Assembly (NCBI RefSeq): GCF_018977255.1
Contig: NW_024704742.1
Coordinates: forward strand, 19,904,001 to 19,968,000
Direction of reading: 5' to 3'
Length of the DNA stretch: 64,000 nt
DNA from: Callorhinchus milii
Lineage: Eukaryota
Positions 24,550-38,404 of the stretch are shown here, in pieces. The notes beneath the pieces are model-generated. The model made no database searches, was not told the origin of the DNA, and saw only the letters and a list, made by a program, of their open reading frames with translations. The position numbers were made by a program, and so were the translations under genes. How positions within the stretch are numbered: the stretch's first letter is position 1; the number at the start of each line of letters is the position of its first letter.

Positions 24550-24880
24550 ATAATAATAATAATAATAATCCTTGCATTTGATATAGCGCTTTTCACGTCG
24601 GGAGGACGTCCCAAAGCGCTTCACAGAACACACTGTAAAGTGAATTGACTGTATATTTGTAGGCGAACGTGGCAGCCAATTGCGCACAGCAATGTCCCAC
24701 AAACAGTCGTAGATTGAAAATGACCAATTTTATTATTGTTTTTGGTTTTGGAGGGATTATTATTAGGCTCTGTGTTGAGTAAGGAAACTTGCCCAAGGTT
24801 TCTCCCTGACCTGCCTGGAATTGAACTCAGGTCTCTCGCTTGCAAAGCGAGTGCTCTCACCACTGAGCTACAGGACTCCA
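24550..24880 (-). mobile_element. Full-length tRNA-derived SINE with L2-type tail
   Basis: Reverse complement has head GGAGTCCTGTAGCTCAGTGG (A box)...TTGCAAG...GAGTTCAATTCC (B box), a body, the L2 stem-loop and (TTA)n. Confidence 0.9.
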
Positions 24881-25842
24881 GGTACAGGTATGCCTTATGT
24901 GTTTAACAAATAAATCATTTGCAGATTAAGGGCAATCTAACTTTTGGTGATTTGCGCATGCATGTGTTGTGTGCTTCAAGGTCGACAAAGACCAGAAGCT
25001 ATGCAGGAAGTTACACGTATTCACACTTCCAATATGTTGCCGAGCCATCATCAATCAAGCTCCATTGTATAGTGTAATTAGAATTTTGTACTGTAATTGG
25101 TATGGTCTCTTTTGGGCAGTTGAGCTCAATTGTAATGGATCTAATGGTAGATAGTGTAAAAATATCCCATGTATTGGAATTATTTGGAATTTTAGGCGTT
25201 TGCCTATAAAATACACAGTCACTGCACTTTACAGCAAATCCTGTGAAACGCTTTGAGACATCTTTGTCTTTCCAGAGAAAGTGAAAAACTTAGCCATTTG
25301 AATGGTAAATTGAGGTATGCTTGCCAGAAACATTTAGAACTATATCAATACAGTTCTGGTGTTAAGGAACATGTCCACACCTCGAGGGTTGTCATCACTG
25401 GGAAGTTACTATACAAGTGATGAAGGCAAAACTCCGCATTATAAGCCTTTGAAATTAAGTTAACAGAGCCTATTTCTATGCGGTTGAATATGAGACTTCA
25501 ATGAGGAATCAAATTATGGTGTCAGGTATCCGTTGCCCAAGTTCCTGTAGAGGCATTAATTTTATCATGATTCCATTATTTTATGGCTAAGGCAACTATC
25601 CCATACAGTATATGAAAAGTTTAGTTGCTTTTATGTAGAATTTACTACTCTCATGCACATTAGACACTGCTTTCATAGACTGGAAGTTAAGAAAGTTGGC
25701 TGCAGCATTTTGCTTAAGGAGTGTTTTTTTATTACAATTGACTTATTTTATCTATGCTACTATGGTTACTGCTGGGTGACCTTAAAGTGAGTTTCCACTT
25801 CATCTGCAACTTTTTGTAGGCCTGTTAGCCATTTTGTAAGTA

Positions 25843-27611
25843 CAGTAGAAACCTGGTTTGCAGTCACCTCGGTAATCCAGTCACCTCACAATTGTGGGCT
25901 CATTTTCACAGTCTCTATCATGGTCTTTGTTAAAAGATAGGCTGTCTGCTTCAGTAAACCGGGCACCTCACTATTCAGGACAACGATCATTGATTGCAGC
26001 CGCTACAAGTGCCTTCCTCTGGTACAAACGCGGTACAAACACCCTCTTCCGCTACTAACCTGCACGCAGTGCATTAGGCCTCGGGTGCTCTCACTGCTTG
26101 TTTGACGCTGCTACTGTGGGCGGAGTGGGCTTCGGTCGTACATGCGCAGCGCAGGGAAGCGATGCAAGTGGGAAATGGATTTTGCCTGGCTCCCGCAGCC
26201 TAACCTGAGCTCCTACGGCCAATTCTTGGTAATTGCTGTAAACATACCACCACGGAAAGAGTTATCATTATGTGAGAGAGTGGACTTAATCAAAACAGTC
26301 AGGGCAAGAGTCATAGACAGTCAGCTGTGATCTATGGCACTGGCAGAACACAAGTTGGATGAATTCTCAAAAGGACGGCTGAATACATGACAGCTTTTGA
26401 AGAAACTCAACAGCATGACAGAAAATGTGCTTGTTTGAATTCTCAGTGTGAGGACATAAAATGACATGGGAGTGGTTCCAGCATGTCCGTGGTCTCAACA
26501 TTCCTGTGTCTGGCTCTATGATACAGGAGAAAACACTCAGCTTTGCAGCTTCACTTGGCCAGACTGGCTTCAAGGCATCAAATGGCTGGCTTGGCCGATT
26601 CAAGTCCAGACACAACATTGGGTCTGCAAATGTGTTTGGGGAAACGGTTCTTGGGAGAGATGGCCAAAGGTGTGCAGGCTTCACAAGTCGCCAAATCCAT
26701 CAATATTCTTCATGCAGTCACCTGGATTCATTCACCAGTCAACATGGTGTGCAGATCAACAGTGCAGAATTGCTTTGTGAATAATAATAATAATAATAAT
26801 CCTTGCATTTGATATAGCGCTTTTCACGTCTTCTAGACGTCTCAAAACGCTTCACAGAATAGACTGTAAAGTGAATTGACTGTATAGTTGTAGGCGAAAT
26901 GCGCTTTTGCCAAGACTGGCTTTAGTGTGGATGAGCCTGTGGAAGAGGACCCTGATGATGTGCCACTTGCCCCAGTTGTTGTCTCAGGCCAGTCAGTGCC
27001 TGTCACTGGACACCCCTATCAGTGCCGAGGAGTATGCAGCCATCGGCAGTGATGTGCCATCCACTGAGGACTTGAATGAGGGACAGGAGGAGCATCTAGT
27101 GGAGGAGGTTCTGCCAAGGACACTAAGGATCAGGACACACAGAAGAAGGAACAGGAAGAGCAACCGACAATATCAAAGAGCACTTATGCTGATGCACTGG
27201 GTTTGTTGGGACAAGTGAAGGACTTTTGCCTTGATCATGGACTCGCCACGTGGCAGAATTTGGCTGATGCTGAGGTTTAGCTGCAGGCCAAGGCAGTGCA
27301 GGTTAAATCAGCAGCCAAGCAAACAACACTGGACTCTTTCTTCAAGAAATTAACATTTTGTGTGATTTTAAATTCTCACGTGAATTTTAAATAATGAAAC
27401 CTAAGATCTGGTTTAAATGCGACAATGTCTTTATTTTAATGAGATTGCAAAGTGTAGTTGTTGAATGTTCATCACCCTTACCCATTACCAATGCCCTTAA
27501 CATTACATCAGTGACCTGAATCACCCGACCTGTTTCAATAATCAGGTCACCTCACGAAGAAGGTCACTTTTGCTCAGTCACTTGAGTGACCAGATTAATA
27601 AGGTTCTACAG
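25843..27611 (+). mobile_element. Tigger/pogo-family DNA transposon, decayed and internally deleted
   Basis: TA-flanked imperfect TIRs (CAGTAGAAACCT...AGGTTCTACAG); psq-type HTH remnant RKELSLCERVDLIK; CENP-B HTH WEWFQHVRGLNIPVSGSMIQEKTLSFA...FKASNGWLGRFKSRHNI; acidic C-terminal remnant; most of the DDE domain is missing. Confidence 0.9.
26781..26898 (-). mobile_element. SINE 3' fragment nested in the Tigger element
   Basis: (AAT)n-CCTTGCATTTGATATAGCGCTTTTCACG; it splits the transposase NCF/AKTGF motif. Confidence 0.88.
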
Positions 27612-30600
27612 TACATCTGACTTAGATGCTGCTGTTAGATCCCCTCTTATTTCCACATTCTCCCCAACTTACAGTATATCCTGTGAAGCGCTTTGAGGCA
27701 TTGCGACAATGTTATAAGGCGTTATATCAAATAGAAGGGTTATTAGTTCTATTAAATGTAGTTCAGGGTACAATGAAAATGGTAATAAAGAATGTTGTCT
27801 ACTTATTTTCTGATATAATAGACTTTTTGTTTATTCATTACAAAGGCAGTACTATTAGAATTCAACTTAATTTAAGTTTGCTTAGATAACTAAAGCACTA
27901 TTATTTCAGCATAATACTGTGTTGTGAAAAATTATTTTTACAGTAATTCCTTTTAACCTTTTTTCCTATAACACACCTGGTTCCTGATTCCTACATTTAG
28001 AATAGTTGAATAGACACAAACTTTGCTAAGTCTGAATAAGATAATGGCTCACTGTAAAAAAAATGATCTTAGCAAGTCATGCAGTTACAAAGATGTATAC
28101 AATAGATTACTTTATTATTAAAGATGAGTTGGTTCTTTTCCTGAAGTGTTGTCAAACACAATGCTATTTAATAATGGACTATTGAATTACTGCATAAATA
28201 CCAAGATAATGCTGTATTTATCCAGGAAAATAATAATTTTGTCCATCTGGGACCGTGCTGTTGCAAAATAATTTATAATGGCAACTAAGGCATTAGAGCT
28301 ATATTCAAAAAGTATGTTCCAGCAAGAAATACTTCAGTGTTTTGTGTTCTATTAATGAAGAAGCAATACCGTTGATTAAATCTGAATCCATATAACTTAA
28401 TCAGTAAATGAACTAATGTACACTGAACAATTTCTGAAATTTTAATGTCTCTTGATAACCCGCAGGAATAAATTTCAATGAATTTGCTGAACTGTTTTTG
28501 AACATAACCTATCTCTTACAGATGGTTGAGTTAATTAACATGAAATGATCACCTGTGAGTTATATCATTGGAATGCTGTGCTCAGTTGGACATATTTTAC
28601 ATTCCCAACATTCTCACTGATCCCCTTGCCCCTTTCAGTTTAGGCTAAGACTATTTAGATGTTATTTTGTTTTTTGATGGTACCATGTCACTGTGAATTG
28701 AAGTGACGCATACATCTTAACTGCAGAAATGAATGCTTAAAAGCACGCATATGTATACTGCATCGGCACGCCATGATTGACTGTATGATTGAAGGCCCAA
28801 ATGCAGTCCATCAGTCTTCTCATCTCATATCAATTGAGATTAAAGTACCCAGAAAGATGATTATTTGTGACATTTTATGTTTACAGAAGCTTCATATTGA
28901 GTACTGAACTTACTGTTGGTTACATGGAGAATTCAATGGTATTTCTATTAAACTTTATTTCTGATAATTTGAGAACTAGCAGAGAATTGGGTTTGAATTC
29001 ATCTGATGCTACTGGTATAAAGATTCTGCCCATGTACTGTAGAGAAAGAGGCGTTATCCAAAGTACCAATGGAAAAATTGTCCATGCACAAACTCAGTTT
29101 TGGATGACTCCAAGGATTGTCATCCAGGCAGCAGTCAAATCTCATTGATGGCTCGCAGGGAAGGGCTGACAACCCAGCCCACCATCAGCCACAAAACATG
29201 CAGCTTGCGCTTTTGTAAATAGCAGGGCCGATCGTTTACACTGCTGCCCTGGGTGCCATTGCTTTCAAAGCTGGACTGAAGATCCATCTTAGCCGAAATG
29301 CGGATGTTTATATTGCAAGGAAACATTCTGATATAAGCAGACTATAAATGATCTAATAAATTTAATGAGTAATAAACGGTAATAAAATGTGATTTGGTGA
29401 AGGGGATCGATTTAAAGCAAAATAAAGTGGTAATTTGCTGTGAAATCATTAATAATTTCTATAATTTACATAATCTAATTAAACTTCCTCTCATGCAGGA
29501 AAAAAAATATTGCGCCTTTTCATTGAGCACCTAATTTGCAATGCATGAAAAGATGTGCACACCTTGGAGTGACTACAATAAAAATTGTAAGAATTGGAAG
29601 TGCTAGAATTGATGAATTTTGCTTATGTGAAGATTACATCAATGGCCCAAATGAATGTGTAATTGACTTTAAATCTCTAGTATTCACACTATTACAGCTA
29701 TTTGCAACCAGGCAGACAGTTTAAAAATTTCTCCATTTCACTGACAACAAGATTCCAATCTCTGACCAAAATACACTCCAAACTCTCCACTGCAAGGTTA
29801 CAGTAAAATAACTAAAATAACTATTACAGAGCTTTAACCTCAAGCACTGCAGGTTCTAAATTCTCAATGTTCCACATCAACCACTACGGTGTTTGTATTA
29901 GTTCAATGCGTGGCCTTTGTAAGACAACATCAACAACAACAAAATTACATTTGTATAGCACCATTAGAATGTGTTGGGTAGAAAATATTACATTTTAATT
30001 GGGATAATGTACTAATGTAGATACAATTTAACGAATCTTCAGGAGCTTATGGATTCAGACATTGTTGTTGTCATTATGTTATTGTCAGTAGAAGAAGGAC
30101 TTCTTAACCTGACGTTGGTTTCCATCAACTAGCCAAATTCTGTCACAAATCTACATAACAAATGCTTTACTTAACACATTAATAGTATTTGATTAGTTTT
30201 TTTGTTTACAAACTATGGATTTGAATAAAAATGCCCAAAATATATTGCCAGTGCTGAATATAAGAATCCTTGGGTTCCTAATCGCCACTGGAAACGCATG
30301 ATAATGATTGCCTGCATCCTGCACAGTGCACAGGAAGTAACATTAGCAGTGACCTGACTAGCAGCCATATTTTATAAAGTGCCAATTATAACGAAAGGTC
30401 CCAAGCCACCACATTAGTTAACAATAATAATAATAATCCTTGCATTTTGACTGTATTTTGATGGAATTGTGAAGGTAATTGTATTAAGCTTCCAAGCATC
30501 TCACACAAAATTGTCCAAAATATTCCCAGATGATCTCCTGTATTTCTTGGCAATAGAGTGGGGCAAACTAGGCTAACCATTCATTATATGAGCCCTTATC

Positions 30601-33600
30601 AACAGCGTTAAGACCTTGAGTGAACAAGGATAGAAAAGGACATTTTAGAGGTCTGTTTTGTGCCAAATGCAATTCAGAAAGTAAACCTAGAACAATATTT
30701 TAAAATATACCAAGGAGCAGGAAAAATCGGCATAGGATCAGGATTTTGGAAGATTTTTAATATAGATCAAAATTTCTTTACATAACTGGGAGCAAATTAC
30801 CAGAATTGTGTTTGAGGCAAAGACACTGGAATCGTTTTAAAACCTTTGCAAGGATGAGATGACAGCATGGCCAAGCAAGCTTTCCCATTGGCTTTCCAAC
30901 TAGGACCACCCGACAAGTTAGGATTTTGACTTGCAGGGTTAACAAGCGCTGAGGGTGAAGAGTCTGCCCATTGAGCTTGCCAGGTTGTGCTGTCATCAGA
31001 GGTGCCCATGTATATTGTGGAAGTGTCTGGAACTGGACTATCAAGACTACCACATAGGGTGGGCTAGATTCTGACATTCCGTTGCCAAGCATGTTAAGTT
31101 GGAGCCAGTTCAGCTCCAAGGAGATCCCACTTACCTCCGCTCCCCGAGGAAGAAATTTACATCTATATTGCGACTTTCACATTGTGAGGACGCCCCAGAG
31201 CTTTTAACAGTACTGGCTGGGACTCTGAGCTGAGGGTTGGAGCAAGGGGGTGGGAAGGTGAAAAATGGCAAAGTGTGGCCAAAGAATTAGATCTTAAAAT
31301 GGACCTTGATCAAGGTGAGGGAGGGAGCGAGTTGGAATATTGCTTAAGTATGAAATATCCACTTGAAAATTTGCATGCAATTTAAGTAGCAAACCTAGTT
31401 TTTAATTGGTTTGTATAATCCTTGTCCACTGCTCTGGCTCCTCTGTGGGGAGGAAAGGGGATCACTGTGCCCCCCGACCTTTTGCGAAATAAGGAGCAGA
31501 ATGGGTACGTGATCTCAGGTTGGGGACATTGCTGAGAGATTTGCTACACTAATTACCTGACGAATTTTTTTTAAATAACAGTATTTTTTTGGCTGACTAA
31601 TTGCTATACGTCTCGTGGATGAGACTTCAAAATCTACCTGATCTAACCTAATGAATGGAGGGTGGCGGGGCTGATTCAAGCTTTGTTAAATGAATTGTTA
31701 CAAAATGGTAATTAATGTAAAAAATACATAGGAGTTAAAAACAAATGTTAGTGTTGTGTTTGATGCAGTCTGAATGTTTCTGGTGTGTGAATTTTGTAGA
31801 GAACCGTGATCTTAATAATTTGTAGAACTGCGCTTTCCAGTGAAATACATTGATTGCGAAACTGGTTCTTTATTATATTCAAAATATCAAGCGGTTAGTC
31901 ATTATCAGTGAGACACAATCATGCGGACGGACAGTGCCCGTTTAAGATAAATTCAGCCATCACAGTTGATCAGGTGACTTTCCCAGTCTGTGCTGTATAT
32001 AATAAGCCCTGCCTCTGTGCTGCTCCCTCAGCTCTCGTGTTGGAAGCAAGAGCTGTATGGAAAAATCAACCGAGATCCATCACTGGAATTTGAATTTTAT
32101 TTGTTTGAAATCTGCTTCCGGCTAAATATACAGGAAGAGAAAAGGGCAGCGTTTGAGAACAGAGCTTGAGTTTAATTTTCCGTCACGGATAATCAATATT
32201 TTTGCGGGTTGCAGTAGCCATCACAAACAACTGCTCTTATCAGCAAGTGAAGGTTACTTTAGCAGGAGCAGCACTGATCGAAATGGTGAAATGAGTGGAT
32301 TTCGTAGAGCTAAGACACAGCTTATAAAACATGGTAGTTTATTGGAGTTCTGGGAAACCGTACTAAAAATGCCATACTTGGTCTGGCTGTGGATTTGCAA
32401 TGTTTTAAATTAGTCACTTCTAAAAGCTTCACAGCTTCTCTATTACCTTGTTTCATTATTGTATTGAAGTGAGTTGTATAGGTGCAAAATATTGGTTAGT
32501 ATGTTTTTAATATTTCTATGTGCATTTATATGATGATAATACAATAATAATATGTATGCAGGAGTTTGATTAATTCCCTGATGTTGCTCTGCCTGCATGA
32601 TTGCAGTTTAGGGAATATATTTTCTCCACAGCAGCAACAGCATACTGAGATGTCTACTTCCACAATGCATGTGTACCTTTGTGCACTAGAAATGAGAGCA
32701 CCGCATGGTGCGTATGTTCAATGTATGAAGAAGCCTTACCATGAAGGCTATATTTAGTCACCCTTGATGATAAAAANTAGTTGTACTTTATTCATATATA
32801 TATGTGTGTATATAATATATAAAATATATAATGTATATTTGGTTTGTTTTATGCTTTAATGGCTGAACATATTTTTGAGTTTCTTGTCACGTTTTTCAAT
32901 GTCATTGAAATAAAACACTGAAAATGCCATTAAGCTGAGCATCATAGGACACAAAAAGACCGAATTATCGACATGTGTAATATGACCTCTGTTTACACTG
33001 TACCATTTGATCAAAATGAAAAATTTTAATCTGTTCTTTTTGATGTAGTGCCAATTTTGGTGTCACTTTCAATAGATTAACCATGAAACACATGCTATGA
33101 AGCTGATGGCAAACTTTTTTTNAATAAAGTATCTACATAATGAGTTTCCTTAATATTAATAGTTATCCATGCATTATATGTAGCACCTTATGCTGTTGAC
33201 ACATCTCAAAGTGCTTCACAGAATTTACTGTAGAGTATAGTGATTATTAATAGCATAATTGTCAAATTGTAATTTTATTGTGGTTATTGCTTAAGTTTGT
33301 TCATTGACCTGCTCAAGGAGATGACATTACCAGCTAATAACAACAGATAATAATGAATAGCGTTGGTTAGTGCCAGCAAATTCATATTTCATGAATACTC
33401 TGGGCAATTAAAGTAATTTTTTAACCCACATATTAAAGCCTGTGTATTTTTGGGGGTTGGAGGTGGCTCTATTGTTTAAAATAGAGCCACCTCCAAAAAA
33501 CAGGAGCTAAAAGACAGGAGCAAATTGGGGGTGGAGGAGGGAGGGCATAACTCAACACAAAAAAATCCTTTGTAAATTTGGTGAAAATTGAGATTGGATT

Positions 33601-36249
33601 TGGAACATCAAAAAACATAAGGTACGCATAATACAAACCAAAAAGTTGCTATATTGATGAACGAGTGCAAACCCTCGACTCTCCATCGCCTTGGGACGTC
33701 CTCCCAACATGAAAGGTGCTATATAACTGCAATTTGTTATTGTTGAACTCATTGATACAATAAATTAGGTCAGTTCCCATTGAGGATAAGCAACCAGCAA
33801 ACATTCCAGTTAAACAGATAATTGATATCATCAAATTTAAGCCCTTTGAGATTTCTTTCTGAGATAAAAGGTGCAACATAAATTGTTTTGTAACTTGTAT
33901 AATGCTTTGTTCAGTTTTGATCACAATGGCGCAAAGTCATTGAGTGTTTGAAGTTCTAATCAAAACGTCTGCTACCTAAAATGTTCGCGAGCCTGGGAGA
34001 AATATTTTTTTTCATCAATTGAATTTCACAAAAAATATATTTTTCACTGAAAATTGGTGAGCAACTTTAATGATCCTCATGTTTCTCAGCATTTTTCAGA
34101 GTTAATTGACATCTCTATCTTTTGCTCTGCCTCATGTCTCCACACATGTTCGACTTTAGGTCCTGCAATATCCTTATCCTTCTTTTCTGAACTCTCTTCA
34201 ATGCTTTAATGTCCTTTAGAAAATTGGATGCCCCCAAATTGCTCATCATTTTCAGATCTAACCCCACCAGTGATTGAAGCACGATTAGAATAGCATCTTG
34301 ACACTTCTATCAAATGCTCTCAATTCAGCCTAGTCTTTGATTAGTTTTGTTGAAAATAGCTTCACGCTGACTGGACTTTTTCAATGAATGTCTATGATTA
34401 AATACCTTTCCTTTTCACCTTTGCTGATGCGCGCCTTCTTGCTGTGAACATATGTTCACTATTTATTATCCCAATATGTCTTAGCTTAGCTTAATGGGGT
34501 GGTTTAAACCCATAAAAGGACGTGTTTAAAAATGGCTGCCAGTCATCAGTTTGGGGTTTTCGGGTTCCTGGATGCTGAGTTTGAATGCAGGTGGCTAGCT
34601 GCTGCTCTTGCAAGCATTTCCAGCAGTTGCTGGAATACATCTCTTGACATCAAGAGGCTTTTTGCACCCACAAAGTGTATGCGCAGGAAGCCAGCAAGTC
34701 AGTGTCGAAAGTTGAAGTGTACTGCGCCTCTGGTGTACGGTACACTTACACTATAAATGGACTTGTGCTATATCAAAGAATGTTATAATGGTGGCAGATT
34801 AGATGCACGTTAAATTTGAATCTCTTGCATTGGTCCATCACCCAAACCCCACCCTTTTTTATTCTTTTAAAATATGTCTTTAGCAATTGGATTCATAAAC
34901 ACCTTAATTAAACTTCTAGGTTTTTTGTTTTTCTTTTCCTTGTACTATATTTTGATAATCCTTGTATTTGATATCGCACCTTATCATGCCTTTGAAATAG
35001 CTCAGAACACTTCAGGATCTACTGTACAGTGTAGTAACTATATTTACAGATGAACTGAGATCCAGTTTGGGTCCTGTAGAAACCTTGTATATCGAGAGAA
35101 TTGCTTTCAATAACTGAATTAACAACTCGTGAGTGAAAGGGATTTATTCTAAATGACAAAATTAATAAATCTTTTTCATTGGTTATTAATTACCTAATGA
35201 AGGGCACCTGCCATTCCTTTACATATGGTACATAATGTTGCTGTATTTTCACATGCTTTACAGATGGCAAAGAATAAATCCTATTTTTTTTTACACATTC
35301 CTCAGAATGATCTTTTACAAAAATGTTATTTTCATTTCTTAGAACTCTTTCAGCAATCTGACGATTTGCTCTTGTAAAGTCACGGACCTCTACATGTATT
35401 TTTGGATTTGCTATTGAACAGAATATGACATTTGTGCATTGATTCTTGGGATGCATGTGTTTACCAGTTGATAATCACTAAGCGGTTCTGGTGGGCAGCT
35501 TAGCAGTCTGTCCTTGTAGTTGTCTGGCCTCGCTGTTTTAATTCTTAAACATTGATGTTGTCCAGTATCATAATTTATGATCTTTTGTAGTTTCTCTTAT
35601 TGGCCTTCACAGCTCTCTGACTATATGCTTGGAATGAGCTGGTGTTGATAGCAGTTGCCAAACATCTGCTTACCTATTAAATGCTTCCACATTATTGGCT
35701 TGGACATATGTACAGTACAGTATTTGCTGTTGCAGCCTCAAGCAGGTTCTATTTCTCTTACAGACCTTCAGATCTTTTGAGCAAGTTACTTTAAATTCAA
35801 TCATTATCAATTTGTATGTTCCAACTATGTCAGTGATTCTACTGGACTGGATCTGAAAGTATTTTGGGAGACTTTACAAAAAGTGTCAGGTTTGTTTTGT
35901 ACCTTTTTAAAAACAAGACTCACTGGTACTGAACAAATTTGGATTGCAATTGGAGTAGGGTTAGGAAGAGAACAAATTGTGTTGATACCTTGCTGTAGAG
36001 ACCTCTGGTTCAAGAATAACCTGTCAGTTTCCGCTGGAAAAGTGAAGATTGTATGGATAACGAAGTGCACTTCAGTAATCACAATATTTGTAAATTTTTT
36101 AAGTTCTTTGAGTCATTCAAAGGAACATAATTTTTTTCCAGTTTCTGGTATCAGATGTGATGTTTAGTGTTTAGAATTTTATTTTAGCATTGCATTATTT
36201 CCCATTTACGTTATTTATTAACAATTTAGCATTAACTGGCGAGTGGATA

Positions 36250-36665
36250 ATAATCCTAATAACAATCCTTGCATTTGGTATAGCGTCTTTCATATTAAGA
36301 GGACGTCTCAAAGCGCTTCACAGAATTTATTGAGAAATTGTGTGGCAATGTATTTTGTGAGCCAACATGGCAGCCCATTTGCGCAGAACAACAACCCACA
36401 AACAGCCATGGAGTAAGTGACCAATTTTATTTGGGATTGTTGACTTAGACACCGAGTAGTACCATACTCGATACACAGTAGTTTAACATTCATCTCAATA
36501 TGCAGAAAGGACCTCAGTTTAATATCTCATCTGAAGGAGAGCATCTCCCAACATTTCAGTGCTCCCAAGGACTGCATTGGAATGTCAGTCTGGAAGCTGA
36601 GTTCCAAGTCCTGAATTGGGGCTTGAACCTACAACCTTCTGCCTCAGAGAGAGCTATCAAACTGA
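36250..36665 (-). mobile_element. Deu-domain tRNA-derived SINE (SacSINE1/LmeSINE1-like)
   Basis: Reverse-strand head (GGGCTTGAACCTACAACCTTCTG on +), Deu core (CCTCAGTTTAATATCTCATCTGAA...CAGTGCTCCC) and L2-type tail. Confidence 0.75.
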
Positions 36666-37009
36666 CATAACAATGCTTGATGTAAGGAATGTTTTCAATA
36701 TTTTGAAGTTGTAAGATTCGCATAATTGGAAACTTATCAAGAATTTTGAAAGTATGTTATTAGCTTGGGGACAGAATTCATGATCTGAGCCTAATCCTAC
36801 TGAAGGCTTGAAAGTTCTTGGGACTTTAGTTACTGCTTACCAGGATTCAGCTGCATTGTGTTCATTGTCAGAAAGATTGGAGATACTTTATATAGAATTC
36901 AGTTTATGTTGATTGATTGGTTCTGCAGAGATCACATATTGGCTTAGTATCCTTATTTGGGTGATTATGCATTTGGTGCAGTTATTCTCTAATCAGCATC
37001 AAATCTGGC

Positions 37010-37330
37010 ACTTGAGTAAGTTGGAACATCTCTCCCTGTGATTTGGATTTGAATCCAGCCCAGGCAGATGGAATGAAATTCTTCTCTATGTAATGACTGT
37101 TGAGGGATCCAAGTGGAATGAACTGTGACAGCCTCCATTTCTGTACAGCATTGAACTCAATGAATGAGAATCCTCCACAGAGATCTGGCCTCAAACTCAG
37201 CACAATTGGAACCAATTGAGTAACCCTACTCACATAGGTTATTGCAGAAGTATGGACGGTGTAAGGCAAAATTGAAAAGTCTAGTTGTCTAGGTCAGGCA
37301 CATTTAGACAGCTGTTTGGGGAATGATGCA
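37010..37330 (+). mobile_element. LF-SINE-like ancient SINE
   Basis: Colinear blocks matching the recalled LF-SINE consensus: GAATCCAGCCCAGG, GTGGAATGAA, CACAATTGGAACCAATTG, GGTCAGGCACATT. Confidence 0.6.
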
Positions 37331-38404
37331 GTGGCAATGGCAGCTTTCTTAAGCATTTTGCTTGCATGATACGAGTGTATAATGTAATGTCAATGTATGT
37401 TGCAATGGGTTTATTCCTCTGCAAATACGTACACAAATTATAAAAAAAAAGCTTTTGAGACAGTGTTTATTTCAAGTCACAAGATTTATTAATAGGTTTT
37501 CTTCAATTTGGCAGGTTTTGTTGTGCTTCCTAGTGCAAGTTGCATATTCATTTGCAGTGTGCTAATCCTCTGATGTATGTTGTTCCCCAGCTGTGCATAG
37601 ATTCAAAGGCATAACCTTTTCATAAGCTGCTTTACAATGGTAGGAATTTCTCTGAGCAGGCTTTAGAAAAGTGCTGAATATTTGATGAAGCCATAGTGAG
37701 AAAATGGAATCACAGACTTATCTTAATTGATGCTATCTTTGGCAATCACAAAAGGAAGTATTTTTGCATTGCATTATACCCCTTTTTGTAGAATATTTTT
37801 ACTTGCATAACATTACAGAGGTTTTTTTTGTCAGCTTGAGAGTTCAATGGCTGACTGCCAATGTTTGAAGCAGGTGGAGAACAAGCACTGAGCTTTAAAG
37901 GCAAATATCAAATGCTTTTTTTTAATATAGTTTATTGTTCCATGGATTGTGCTTTAATTCACTTTTGAAGATCTCAAAATGTTGAAATGTGATGGCACGT
38001 GATTATCTTCTTTTTCAAGACAATTGCATTAAAAGTACTACGATAGACATTTATTTGGAATCCAAAGTAATTCTGACATATTATTGTGTTGCCGAGTTTA
38101 TACTGTTTCATATTACATACTCTCAGAAGGGCAGTTTAGCAGCGAACTTATGCTTTTTTTTNCCCTGGGACACATCTGCCACAGGCTTTATATTTTGAGA
38201 AAATAAGAAGTATTGGTAACCATGGATCAGAGGTGAAATGAGAATCACTGCAATAGCAGGTGGGAGATTCCGGAGTGGAAAAGGAATACTGTACTTGATT
38301 GTGGATGAAGCAGAGCAATCAGAATATTTGGTCATTTACTCACCTGAAAATAGTTGCATAAAGCAGATCTTATTTGTGCTATCATGGTAATGGATACTTA
38401 ATTG

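Noticed and set aside
34490..34860. Possible decayed palindromic DNA element (also about 29110-29310 and 51460-51700)
   Set aside because: The arms are too degenerate to define by eye.
32777..38162. Single N bases at 32777, 33122 and 38162
   Set aside because: All lie at homopolymer ends and are assembly ambiguities.
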